DNA of 63,451 nucleotides, filler included, from Sluysia triapertura (Eukaryota), in the NCBI GenBank assembly GCA_046118255.1. It is 5 parts of 5 records of this genome, joined end to end, with 100 filler letters (N's around TTAATTAATTAA, not from the genome) between each part and the next. Parts side by side here need not be neighbours in the genome. Positions count along the whole stretch, not along the records: positions 47,871 to 63,451 come from JBJNIA010224241.1; 4 more parts are not named here. One strand, 5' to 3'. Numbering within the stretch: the first letter of the stretch is position 1; every line of letters begins with the position of its first letter. The notes beneath the pieces are model-generated. The model was not told the DNA's origin and searched no databases. It worked only from the letters and a program-made list of their open reading frames with translations. Positions 50,276-63,451 of this stretch are shown here, piece after piece. Position numbers and translations under genes: made by a program.

Positions 50276-53200
50276 TTTTAAATCGTAGAGATATTCTAGG
50301 ATAGGAAAATGATGTGGTTCAAATAAAGAGCACAATGGGGATGATTCAATAGGAGAAAATGAATCATTTTCTAGAAATACTGAAAGACCATCACCAGCTG
50401 GTGTTTGCTGCGATACTGGACGTTTCATAAGACTAGATAAATTAGTGGCAATTTCGTATGCACAGTTAACGTATAAAACTCGAATATCATCTAATTAATG
50501 AATATGTATTGGATATTAATGTATAACATGTTCGTAAAATAAGTTAGCTTTATAAAGGGATTTATGAAAACATTTTAAAGAGGATTGTCTTTAATATAAC
50601 TGATTGTACTGCAAATTAAATTATATTTTTGGAAATACTTTTAATGAAACCGATAATTTTTTCTTTAAAAACAAAAATGTATTTAATGCGAATATGTGCA
50701 TAAGCCCTCAAGTATCCCCAGAGCCAACATTAAGAGAGCTTCTAAATTAAAATCTTTTGAAATTATTCTTTATCCAAAGTGTAACTTAAGATATTTCGTT
50801 TCTTTAGCAGTGTAGAAAAGGTCCTTTGTATTTTTAAATCCTTTAGTTTAATTTTCCTTAATTTAAATTCCTTTCGTTTAAATCCTTTCAAAAAAATTGT
50901 GTAGGACTTTATGGATACTTCCATAATATAAATGTTATAATATAAATTATGATTATTAGCACATTATTTACCGTTGAACATATTTGGACTTTATGATATC
51001 GCCTAATTTGCATTTCCTATCATTTTTGAAGTAGGTTTCTCTCAATTCATCTCAAAATTTCATTTTACAGTTTTTCCACACATAATCGTTCATAGTCTTT
51101 CTAGTAGGTTAGAAACAATGGCGGTACGTAATGTATTAATTCAGAAAACACAGGATTTTTAATGTGATCATTAAAATATAGTAGAATTAATGTAAGCATT
51201 TTCAAAAAAACTAACTTTTGTTTAATGTAATTTGTACAGTTTTCAACTATAAAAAGTGCAACTAAAAAGAAAAGTGCACAAAAATATTATGGAATGATTT
51301 TCAAAATTTAACGTTTTTAAAAAATTTTGCTTCTAAAAGAATTAATTTTTAAAGGTTTTGATTGGACCTTACAAAATAACGTTTTAAAATTTTTAGTATT
51401 CATTTTGGATCTGTTTATAACGATATAATTCTATTTGCACAATTTTGATTTACATGTTTTAACAATAAACATTTAAGTATTTTTGTATTTATAAAAATAA
51501 TTATTAGCTAGGTGATTAAATAGATAATCTAAGGTTTTTGATTATAATGCTTCAATATTTCAAGCTTGGCGACACGATTTTAAAACATTTGTCAAAATAA
51601 TAAGTTAGACTAGGTCTTAAATCTTTCCCCGCGATTCCGTTGCATTTTCACATTTTTCTCATAAATTTAGAATTCCTGCTTACTAAGGAGATTTTATGGG
51701 GTTATGCAAGTCTTCATGAATGTATAAAAAATAAATATACATAAACATAATAAAAATATTAGATTTATTAAAGGATATATTTAATATTAAATAAAATTTT
51801 CTTTCCTTCCCCTCTCTTCAAACTGTATTGAATAATTATTATTTGGTAATAAAACGTGATCTAAAGACTCTTCAATTGTAATATTCGGATCGACGATCTC
51901 TATAGAATTATATTTTGCTTTAATCATTGAAATGAATTCTTTAATCGGATTCATTTTGGATGAATATGAAGCTAAGAATCTGAAAGCAATGTTGTTTTAT
52001 TACAACCTCGTTTGATTTATGATTATTATTATGAAATAATTATTCAATAACAGTGTGAGGGTTTCCTCAGAAATACGAGAACATGGGTAGAGCAATAAGA
52101 AAAGAAAATTTTATTTAATATTAAATGTATTCGTTCATCTTTCTAATACTATAATCAACTTTTACATATTAAAAAAATTATTTCGGTGGGTATATAAATT
52201 TGCACAACCCTGTAATAAACTAAATTTGATATAAAATTTACAACATTCATTTTTTCAAGCAAGACCTATATTTCTCATACTGGATACTGAATAAAGAAAT
52301 ATCTCTTTTTTTTGTAGAGTTATTTCTTAAGATTGCATTTGTTTGAAATGCTTTTTTATGTAATGATACTTATAATTAGTGAAATCAAACCATTCAATAT
52401 TTTGTGGTGCCCACTAAAAGATTTCGTTTTGAAAATCTTCGGTCAACGAAAGACTCCGAAATATGTCAAAATTTTTAGTCGATATTCAAATGACTGAACA
52501 AAAAAAGAAAGTTAATGAAACATTTGCTTTATATTATTTTTCATGATTATATTTCCAGTCATTAATTTTACATTTCTATATAATTAACAAATGTTTTATT
52601 TCTTTAATAAAAAATTATTTTTTAAAATTACTTTAATTAATTAAAAATTAAATATTACACCTGATGATAATTGAATATCACTTAACTTCCACTTTTGTTC
52701 TATTTCACGAATAACTTTTTTCAGTTCAAATCCGTTTAGAAAACGTTTGTACTCAGCTTTAAAAGCTTTATTATTCTTTACCTTTTTGGTATAAGCTGGA
52801 CAGCTATCGAAAAACCGAAGAGCTTTGTCGTTATCTTTTATTAATTTCGTTGTTTCTTTTACATTTTTTGTATTGTTTAAAAACTATTTAAATTGATTAA
52901 ATATGTATGTTAAAACTAACACTTTTGTAAAAAGCAACTGCACTATTTTTTGAACGAGAAAATGTACTGGAACTCACCTTAACATGTCTTATTGGATCAA
53001 AATTAGCAAAATTTTTAAATAAATATTTAGCTTTTCTGTTTCCTAAATTTATCATCTCTTCATAACCGACAGAAGCAAGCTCTTTATCTTTCATAAAGAT
53101 TGAACTCCATTCTTGCAATGAAATAGGTAATATGCATTTGGCATTACTACTCATAAGTTTTTTATAAACTAATTTCATCTTATCTTTATCTTTAGTTGAT

Positions 53201-53421
53201 GGAAATCTCGTACCATGCCTATAAATTGTATTTGACTGAACTAAAAAGCATTTATCCAGAGTATTTTCACTTCCTGTTAATTTCATTAATTTTGAATTTC
53301 TGTAAGCTGTTTTGGTTGAAAAACTGTTTAAAATCCCTAAATTTGGTTTGAATTCTGCTTTCTTTTCCATTTGACATATACCTAAAAAAACGCAAATACG
53401 AAACAAAATACAAAACAGCAT
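50276..53421 (-). CDS. MINPP1: Multiple inositol polyphosphate phosphatase (histidine acid phosphatase), 5' part; exons 53421-52921, 52883-52661, 50490-50276
   Basis: Signal-peptide-like MLFCILFRICVFLGIC, FSTKTAY, catalytic RHGTRFP, L...G.EEM..LG.R, R...SA.AF, DKALRFFDSC, CAYEIA, SPLCSLF and LEYLYDLK. GT-AG introns (37 nt and 2170 nt) are in phase. The 3' exons with the HAE motif were not found; a gap lies downstream. Confidence 0.9.
51850..51990 (-). mobile_element. IS630/Tc1-like (DDE_3) transposase remnant in MINPP1 intron 2
   Basis: FRFLASYSSKMNPIKEFISMIKAKY (cf. FLPPYSPELNPIEE.FS..K). Confidence 0.6.
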
Positions 53422-54017
53422 AATAGAGTTCTCGAAATTTTTAGCAAGATTAAAATCAAATACTTGGTTTATACAATAAATTTGGATAATTGAATATAAC
53501 AAGATAACCTTGATGCTAAAATTAATTTAAACACCATCAAAAAATAAAATATTTTATTTTTTAATATGATTAAAACGAAACATAATACATTAATCTATTC
53601 AGCATTAATATATACTATAAAATAAGTACTCAAAAGCACTTAGGATACACCATTTATTATAATAGTTTTGAACTTTGTCTTCTAAGATATTTCATAATTT
53701 TCTAGTCATAATTTTCTCTTGTAGTTGGTTTTACATTTTTGAAACGTAGAGGGTGTATAAGATATTTTTGTGCATAAATTTTAAACGATAAAAAGTTATA
53801 CTACACAGATAAAACTTTAAAAATATTTAATACATTCAGTGTATTTAATATATTTAAAAATATTTAACTTACAATACATTTCAGCAAAATAATTTAAAAA
53901 AAATGCATTTTAAATTTTCATTAAATTTTTACATTTTTAAATTTTTCTTACTGAATGATGATGTTATAAATTATTAAACAATATATGTAAATTCCAAACA
54001 AATTATTATTGTAGAAT

Positions 54018-57000
54018 ATGTTAAAAATTATTTTAAAAGACGCTTCCTTAGTACAATCGCGTTTATTTTCGCTTTTTAATAACAGTCTTACTGAAATACA
54101 GTTATGTAATAAATTTTATAAAACCGACGAATATACCAATATTACTAAAAGAGTGACAGACAAGTTAGGTTGGAATTTACATCTTAATAAAAATCATCCA
54201 TTAGGAATTTTGTCGGAAAAGATGAAGATTTTCTTCTACGAAGTATATTTTGTATAATTTTTAAAAAATTAGAATTATCGAAAGCAACTTCGTTTTGAGA
54301 CACCTCTGTATACCGTTTTTGATAACATAAATCCAATTGTATCAGTTCAACAAAATTTTAATGACCTTTTAGTACCAGAAGATCACATATCTAGACTACC
54401 ATCTGACTCATATTATATTAATAAAACTACCATGTTAAGAGGTCATACATCAGCACATGAGGCAGATTTAATTAAATCAGGATTAGATGCATTCATTGTT
54501 ATTGGTGATGTTTATAGACGTGATGAAATTGATTCAACACATTATCCTGTATTTCATCAACTTGAAGGAGTTCGATTGTATACTATTGAGGAAGTAACTT
54601 TAATTTTAAATTTTTTATATATTTAGTTACAATATTTGTATAAATTAAATGATGAAGATAAAAATAATACACGGTTATTAGATGTAGTATCACATGAAGT
54701 AAATAAAGAAAGGTCTATGCATAAGCAAGAAAAACATTCTGAATTATTAAACAAATTGTTGGTCAATGAACTAAAAAACCCTTTAGAAAAATTAACCAAA
54801 AAATTATTTGGAAATAGTATAATTCATTTGTTATAGTAATTTAAATTAGAAATTAACTTTCGATGGGTGACTGCTGAATTTCCATGGACTCACCCTTCTT
54901 TTGAATTAGAAATTGAAACTAAACCAGGTTTGTGGATGGAAATGTTGGGATGTGGATTAATTAAGCAAGTCATGTTAGAAAAATGTAAGTTTTATATTTA
55001 ATGTATAAACTAATTTATTATTTTGTAACAAATGCAATAAGAAGTACAGGTTAAAAACAAAACATAATCACTATTTGGAAATTGACCTTTTATTGTAAGT
55101 TTGGAGCAAAGACCACATAATGTTTCTATATCATCAAAAATGAAATGCAAACAATTTATTATATTTAAAAATACAGTATTGTTACCATTAACTCAAGAGC
55201 TCTCTATTCTTGACTAAAAAGAATTATATGCTCATTGAAAATTTTTTTATAAAGCAATACACAACTCATTACTTGTAGGTTCTTCAAAAAAACATTTTCT
55301 TTTGAATGGCTTATCAGAATCATTAATCAATAATAAATTCTCTTACAGTACTTGAATAGTTTCGTGATTATTTTACTGAAAATATCCGCATTTGTATTTT
55401 AGGTACAATTAACTTTTCAACAAAATTGTTGAATCTTACAGTTCTCAACACTACCAATAACCATTTTATATAGTCTGACGAATTTGAGCACAATGCAACA
55501 TTTGGAAATACTTTGATGGGATATACTTCGTCAATATATTGTTAATAAGAGGTGTAATATAACAATCCGGTTTCGTCTATCTTCAAAATTACTTCAAGGT
55601 CGATGTATTTTGATTTTAATTTCGAATACAACTAAACCAGAACTTATTTTATTTGACTCGCTTTATCATAAACCAATTGTTGTTATAAATGGAGGTGAAG
55701 AAGACAAATTAGATAGTGCTCAATATAAGAAAACATTAGATAGAGTCGGCATTACGATGGACACATTATGCAGTGATTATATGTGAGGTTAGGCAGCTTT
55801 TACCGTCGTTATTACAATGAAGAATGAAGTTTATAGCGATAGAAATAAAGTTTGAATATACGAATAAGATATGAATTAAATCAAGAAGATGAAAAAACAA
55901 ACTAATAATGTTAATGACTTAAATACTGACATTGTTGTGATGAAAATATAAAACCCAAAAGAGAACGAAAATTTGACTTAAACAATTCCAGTAGTGTATT
56001 GATGAAATCGCTGGACCAAACGAATCGAAAATATTGAAATATGAAAATAAAATCGACAAAGACATTACTACTATTGATTATGAATACTAATTTAATAATA
56101 TTTAGTTTGTTAAATAGGAAAATTATACTTAAAGTTTTACAATTTTTGTACTTAGTAGAGTATAACCAAATCTAGTTTTATATTTTGTGTACATATAGAG
56201 TTGAATTTTTATTTAAAAGTATCGGTTTCGAATAAATAAGTCGTATAAATGAAATTAATAAATTTCTAAATTAACAGCATCGTAAAAGGTAGTAATTTAG
56301 AAATATATATATATCGTCACTGCAACTGATAACTTTGGCAATTAATTATTCATGCATTACTTTTGATTAATGTTCTAATGTTTGTAAATTTACTCATTGT
56401 GTTAGACAAGGTCAATAAATTAATGAGAACATTTAGACATTCATGATCTCAACCTGAATAGTACCAAGATAATGTCAGCTTAAATCATACATCTTTATCT
56501 TTAGATCCTGCTTAAATAAAGTTCATAATCGAAACACTTATGAAATCCAATTACGGTAATTATATTGATGATAATTGTAAAATTACTTTCAATGTTGAAA
56601 TTAAAAAATAGCTTAAAACATTAACTCATCATATAAAACTGACCAATTCCATCTTATGTTTATGTCTGTAGACTCAATGAAGTTGTTGAATACATTAGTA
56701 ATAAATTTAATTGGCATGATGAATCAATTTGAGAGATTCTTCTTTGTCTAGTATATACACATTCGATATGTGAATTAATGACATCAACACTCATATATGT
56801 ATTGACAGTTTTAGTTCGAGTTCTCTAACGGAATTCATCGCTTGCAATAAATGCAAGCCATGTTCAATTAATAATCGACGTATATCTACATAGGACAACT
56901 TTTTCTGTTATCAATAATATCATACACGAATCACGACATAAAATATTAATTCGGTTCGGCTTAGTAAGATTTCTTATTATTAGATATTTCTCGACAATGA

Positions 57001-60000
57001 AAAATTTTTAAACTTTGTTTTATTTGATACTCGCTTCTAGTGTCAATTCAACAGTGTTAGTAAATTTACAAATAAAATATCTTTTCATGTTAATTTTGAT
57101 TATTTTCATTTTTCAATGCATGTACAGTTTAATGTTACTTTTTGTAATCTTGAAAATTTTATTAAACGTAATTTTCAAATTTTTAGTACGATAATTCATT
57201 TCAATAAACTTGTTCAAATTGTATCTGTATTAAAACTCCTTAAAATATGCTCACAATATTGAGTTCTTTTGGATATATTTATTCTGTTATTAATGATTTA
57301 CTAGTTTACCTACTTTGGTAAAATTTAACTCGATCAAGATTAAATCTCATTGTTCAATATGGTCACTATTTTATGTTGAATTATGTAGTTCTATAGGTGT
57401 TACTAATATTAACTTATCTAATTTGTTTATAATCAAAAATACTTAATGCCGCAATTCGTATGGTCGTCTCAGTTGTTCGAGATGGAAGAGCAAATACTTT
57501 ATTTTTGAAGTTTTACAAATTCTATTTATCTAAGATTTAGTTACACTTTATGTGGAGGATGTTAGTTTTATTGAAAAGTTGTTTAATTTATTTAGAAAGA
57601 TTACTGATTTATTAAATAATGAAATTAATTTTGTTATTAGATTATTATTTGAAAGAGATTTATTAATTAAGTTTATCAAACGATATTTAAGTTCTAATTT
57701 TATTATCAATAGTAATTTCAAATTTATATGACTTATTTTTAAATTACAAAAATTTTCAATTAAGCAATTTATGCGATTTATAAGATTTGGGAGAATAAAA
57801 TAATACGAAGAGTATTTATACATGTCAAATTTCATATGTACAATTAATTGAACAATAACACAAGTAGAAAAAATTCTAACTTTAAGAATTTTAAAGGTCG
57901 AGCGTTCACTGATGTTGAATATAGTACAGTGCTGGGTGTTGTACAAAAGGCTCCACAAAAAAAGGATTGCGGATCTTGTATCATTTTAATTAAGACTGTA
58001 TAATTTTGATCTGAAGCAAGTCTTGTATATATAATATCTTGTTTGACAAAAAGATAATAATATTTAGATTGAGATTGTAGAACTTGAATATAGAACCTTA
58101 GTGTAGTTAAATAAATATCTCTAATATGAATTTTCATAAAACTATGAATTATTTTGTGATTAATGTTTCAAATCTAATTTTTTTATTAAAAACTGAAATA
58201 TTTTCAATAAACTTTTATAACACTTTTGAATTAATGTCTAAATAACAATAATACTCTTGAATTAATGTTTGAATAACAATATCTGAACAAACTTTTATAA
58301 ATGTAATTAGTGTCTGATAATTTTTGTTGAATTGAGAATGATAATGGTTTAAGCGAGAGCTACTAATTTTGACTAACTACTGCTAATTTTTGTCTTGCCA
58401 ACTACTAATTTTAGTAGTATCTTTATATTGAAATAAACGGCAACATTATACGTAGCCTTAATTTCTTGAAATTATTATTATTAATATATTATTATTATAT
58501 TATTTCTATTATCATTATTAAACTATCGTTACAATTGTGACCACTTTCTTTCCATTAATTCATCTTAAATTGCATGTTATCTTTTTTAACACTTTCTTCG
58601 ACAGGAACTTCATCTATATCTTCAGCTTGAATGTTTTATCTTGATAACGAAATATGTAATTCAAAACGTAAAAATTTCCTAAACAAATGATTGCATGAAA
58701 CATCTCAAGTCTTTTTCAATATTTACTAATTCTCTTTTCACCTAAATTAAAACGCTCTTCTGATGTGACTTTACTGCTTTACTAACTATTGTTTCAAAAC
58801 TATTGGTGCTGCATTATATGATACTGCGCATTTTAATTTATTTCTAATAAAATTTGCTCACAGTAAGCTTTCTCTATTTTTTTCTATCTTTTTGATGCAA
58901 AATTCCCACCTCATCTATCATCCATGACTTTGTTGGGTAAATTATTTCAAATGTTTTCAAATTCCTACGTAAGATAAAAAGGAAGAAAATGAATATTTAG
59001 AGTGTTTACGTGATGGTGAATATAGTCATTCAGTTGGGAACAAAGTTCACAAAAGATATGAAAATAGATGAAACTAATCATTCTTTTAATATCCTCATGC
59101 AACTTACAAAAATCTTAAAATATTAGCATTTTAACATAGAAAACAAATTATACAAATTATTATTATTTATTTAACTTGATGCTTACATATATAATGTTAG
59201 ATGTTAGATCAAAATTGGTTAGTTGTATATATGGTTCATAATTTACTTTTTTGCATTTTAATACTTAATAAAGGAATAATATTAAATAAGCACTAATTTG
59301 AATATTTAACCATTTAGGTGGTGTGTCTAAACGCGTAGGTATTGCTTTTGGTTTAGGACTTGAAAGATGGGCAATGCAGTTATTTGCTATTCCAGATATT
59401 CGATTATTTTGGACTAAAGATCCAGGATTTTTGAGTCAATTTAAAAATATTCGTGATATTAACCAACCTTTAATTTACAAAGTACTAATTTTTATTTTAT
59501 TAATTTTTAATTTAAATGCATTTAGTTATTAAAAATAAGAAAATTTTGAATTTTACTATTGAGTAATAAATTAAAATGCTCACTGTGGCATTTTCAAAAT
59601 AATATTGCCATAATATAATTGTTAATAATTATATGTTAATCTATGTAGCGATTAAAATACGTCATTCGTCAATGTGGTAGTTCAACTATTTACCACAATT
59701 ATATATATTATCTACACCGCAGAAATACAAAACATATCTCGTGAATCCCATTACATTATATCATATCATTTCCCATACTCTCATTACCAAACTTCTAAAA
59801 TAGTAAAATTATAAAACGTTTAAACAAATTCAAACCATTACTTTCAGATATTAACATTATCTGATTACAACTTTTGTAAACGATATCGCGATTGTGTCAT
59901 CACATCATTATTGTCCTACTATCTTATTTTATTTTTTATTCATTAATAAAGCTTAATGTAGCCATTTAGTTTTTAGATTATACTACTTATAATAAAACTG

Positions 60001-61339
60001 CCATATTGAAGTTTTTAAATCAAAGAAAAGCATTTTGCATACTTTTAAAGATTTATTACGATTTTATTTTTGACCACTCGGGAATAAATGCAAAAAAGTT
60101 GTAAGATTATAAGAAAACCTAATTTTTAGATATCATTTTAATATAATTCTACAACATTCAACATTTTATATTTTTCATGAAGTATATCATAAGTGAAATT
60201 TGTTTAATTATCATTATTAAACAATGTTATTAAATACAACAATATTATTAATTGCTACAAAGAGACCACAAAGTAATTTTTAGATGAATTTTATGATTAT
60301 TTGGATATTATTTTTGAAAAAACCAAAGAAGTTTTAATAGCAGAAGATTTTAATATAAAAATGAATGAAGAATGTAAAACATTCATCCAATTATTAAATA
60401 TATTCAATTTAATGAACCGCGTGAAATTTAAAACTCTTAAATGTGGAAGTATATTAGATTTATTAACCAATATTGGTTGTAATATCATTACTAATATAAA
60501 AGTGAATGATCTATTAGATATATATGATCATTATTTATTTACTTTTAAAGTAGAATTGTTTGGTATAAAAAAATTGAATTAGAAACTTATCAAACATTGA
60601 TCTTGAAGAACTGAGTACAGACTTATCGAGCAAATTTTAAAAAATAAAAAATTTTACAGACGATATAGATACATTAAGAAATTTATCCTTTCATTTAAAC
60701 AAGCATGTATTAATGAAAAATTTTGGTTTGGTTCTGAGATTATTGAGTTGCGAAGAATAAAACGGTTCAAAGGAAGGAAATTGAGAATTAAAAAACTGAT
60801 GAAACAAAGAAAGATTACATAAAATCTCGTAATATGTTACACCAAGGTATTAAAAAGAAAAAAGTAGATTTTTATAATAAGTCGTTTGAAGCCAGTAAAT
60901 CAAATATTAAAAGTATACGAAATATTTGATAAACAAAATGAAAATGATAAAATGGCTTAATATTTCAATTAAATTTGATACTGAAAATACAATTTTGAGA
61001 TTATATTCTCATAATTAAAGCATTATTAAATTTTATAAATTCATTCCAAATGATTACATTACGGAAGTCCTGAATATCTCTTAGAAATAATAAAAATTTG
61101 GGAACCAAGATTTCATTGAGATATGATAATCTATACGTAGTTCACAGTGATAATAAGCTAGGTGATAGGTTATATACCGTTTATGTTTCAAAAATATACC
61201 AAAAATTACTGGATGATTATGAAATATTTAAGAAAAAGGTTAAGTTCTTTCTGTCTCAGAAATATTTTAGTGAATAATTTATTTTAAGCGCTTTTGAATA
61301 CTTACTTTGTAGTAAATATGAACGCAATATAATTTAATA

Positions 61340-61407
<68 letters not shown>

Positions 61408-62264
61408 GTGACAATAAAAATTTAAATAAAATTTATAAGTTTTAATAATTCTAGTTCTAGCAACCTAGAAGTAAATAACTTGCCCAATTTTACGATCATT
61501 TTTGGAAAGATCGCTACAAAATTTGACTTGATAATTCATTAGATTTATTTATCGAAGTAAGCATCAACCTAATAAAAGCAAACTCGTTCTGGACTTAAGT
61601 ATAAAAATATTAGTTGTTACGTTTATCAACAAGAACAAATTCATACTTTTTGAACTACTAAGTATTACACCAAGAACTACAATAAACACTTTGGGGATTA
61701 TGCATAATATAAGCTACCCTTTTATGTATGCATTTTGGTTAAAATTTCACTGTAACTATCAAAAAACTAGTTTGTTTCTTCATTTGTTTCAATATTTCGT
61801 AACTTTATGTAATATGTCATAATTTGAACAGAGTACAGTTAAATGTCAATAATCTCTTTTGTTTGTGCATACAATTAAACAATTTATATTTATCAGTACT
61901 GATTCTTACTCTAACAATTTCCATAATTATTGTTATTTATCTGTATATAATTTGAATTTAGCCAGTCAGTATATACCCTCCATGTATTAACGATTTGTCG
62001 TTTTGGTTGCCAATTGATCTGTCTACAAAAACTCATTACCATCATAATGACTTTTATGAATTGGCTGGTTTAGTTGCTGGAGACTTATTAGAAAGAGTCG
62101 AGTTACTAGACGAATATACAAATCCAAAAACAAATAGACAAAGTATCACGTATCGATTGTATTATCGTGACATGAATCGAAACTTGGTTAAGGAAGAAGT
62201 TAATAAGTTACACTCTCAAATATCACAAAATGTTCAGCGTCAATTTCGAGGCGAAATAAGATAA
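54018..62264 (+). CDS. FARS2: Mitochondrial phenylalanyl-tRNA synthetase, complete (445 aa); exons 54018-54242, 54273-54593, 54627-54816, 54850-54984, 59318-59481, 61962-62264
   Basis: [33 protein letters not shown], motif 2 [40 protein letters not shown], motif 3 [19 protein letters not shown] and C-terminal FDX-ACB ([28 protein letters not shown]). All introns are GT-AG and in phase; total 1338 nt. Confidence 0.96.
55400..55620 (-). mobile_element. pogo/Tigger-like transposase remnant in FARS2 intron 4
   Basis: [19 protein letters not shown] (cf. IFN.DETGL.Y) followed by [14 protein letters not shown] (cf. TV..C.NA.G..K....IG). Confidence 0.55.
56350..57400 (-). pseudogene. Probable further decayed member of the orphan ORF family, antisense in FARS2 intron 4
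   Basis: Colinear matches to the 26841 copy: IYPKELNI / [15 protein letters not shown] / YEDLRRIL, KHKMEL / KYKMEI, and FNIESNFT / FNISNNRNNFT. ELTLEA matches NITLEA of the 21030 copy. Confidence 0.45.
59950..61403 (+). mobile_element. Internally deleted L2-clade LINE (APE endonuclease and 3' end with (ATT)n tail) in FARS2 intron 5
   Basis: [46 protein letters not shown] matches the APE motifs YRPP, GDFN, LDL and SDH. 61050-61340 matches the 5265-5640 copy and runs into (ATT)n. The RT domain is absent. Confidence 0.85.
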
Positions 62265-63451
62265 TAATTTAATGCAATATATGTATATTTTTGTTTTTAG
62301 TGATGAACCTAAAAATAAAAATTTTTCCTATAAAACTTTGCGTGTGTTATAACAATATTGTCAATATAAAAAATTAATATATAAATTCCTTTTAAAAGGA
62401 ATTTAAAACGTATTTATTTTGTCTCTAGCAGTTCTTAAAGTTTAAGTTAAATTTTGAATTCTTTTTCTATATAACCATGTAATCATAAGTGATACGAGAA
62501 CAACATATGAATTATGAGATCTGCGTATTAATGGGCATGCAAAGTTTTTTAATAGTGCAATAAGTTATGTTAATGAATTCTAACAGTAAATAAAAATGAT
62601 GCAAAGAATCAAGATTGTTCTCGCAGATTTAAGTCATTGAAATAGTGACAAGCTAAGGAATTACTAGCACAATGGTGTGCTAAGAGAGTGGAAAAGTGAG
62701 TCCATAAAAAATATTTGGATTTTAAGCAGAAAATATGTCATTTTGCAATTAAATATTTAACAAATAAAACCCAAGAGCCTTTTTTAAATTGTTACTCAAA
62801 ATTCCATATGTTTTGTGATGTACTCATTTTTTCACTACAAACATCTGCATTCATCGAAACTGCAAATGCGGTTCTGTCGAGTTATTTGAAGTGTCTCACT
62901 TGAATTCTTAAAATAAATTAATTTCAAATATTTGAAAAATTATTTGACTTAACTAATTAGCGTTTTAACTCGTTTGACATAGGTATTAATTTATCAGAAT
63001 TACTTTATTCAGAATTGTTGGAATTTTCCAGATGATGTATAGAGAATGGGTTTAAAGGTAAGCGAATTTAAAACATATATAAGAAAAAGTGATAAAATAT
63101 ATAATAATATTGTCATAATATCGATTTTTTTCTAAACATCTAAAAATACGTCATTCTAAAAATATCTAAAAATACGTAATTTCTAAAAATAAATTATTAA
63201 TATTTATTGATTTTTTAAATATAAATGAATTTTATGTAATAAGTAATAATGATTAATTTTTAATTTATGATTTGGATTTAATTAATTTGGAATAATGATT
63301 AATTTTTAATTGGATTTGAATTTAATTAATCTGGATATAATGGTATTAACAAGTAAGAAAATTATTATATTTAATAATTTTAAAATTAATTTAATTATTT
63401 TTGTTTAAATATTATAAAAAAATAAAATAAAACCTTCAACATTCAAGGTCT

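Overview
Very AT-rich eukaryotic, probably animal, scaffold. Its 30-37 nt GT-AG introns suggest a compact-intron genome such as an orthonectid; that taxonomic guess is inference only. Five contigs are joined by four artificial 100-nt spacers (N44-TTAATTAATTAA-N44). Three host genes can be spliced by eye: a complete mitochondrial phenylalanyl-tRNA synthetase (FARS2, +, 6 exons, 54018-62264), the 5' three exons of a MINPP1-type histidine phosphatase head-to-head with it (-, 53421-50276), and C-terminal-half exons of folylpolyglutamate synthase (FPGS, +, 14020-20051). The rest is mostly decayed transposons (L2, R2/NeSL-like, Tc1, mariner, pogo, MULE-type FLYWCH) and decayed host-gene fragments (ASPM-like IQ array). 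The most unusual signal is a dispersed module of a covarying ~80-nt inverted repeat, an inverted CCAATCAG pair and an intronless orphan ORF. It occurs twice with its hairpins, and two more decayed ORF copies lack them. Also notable are a 98-bp TGTTAGAC...GTCTAACA element wrapping a tRNA-like Pol III unit and a TG..CA solo-LTR-like family carrying heat-shock-element arrays.
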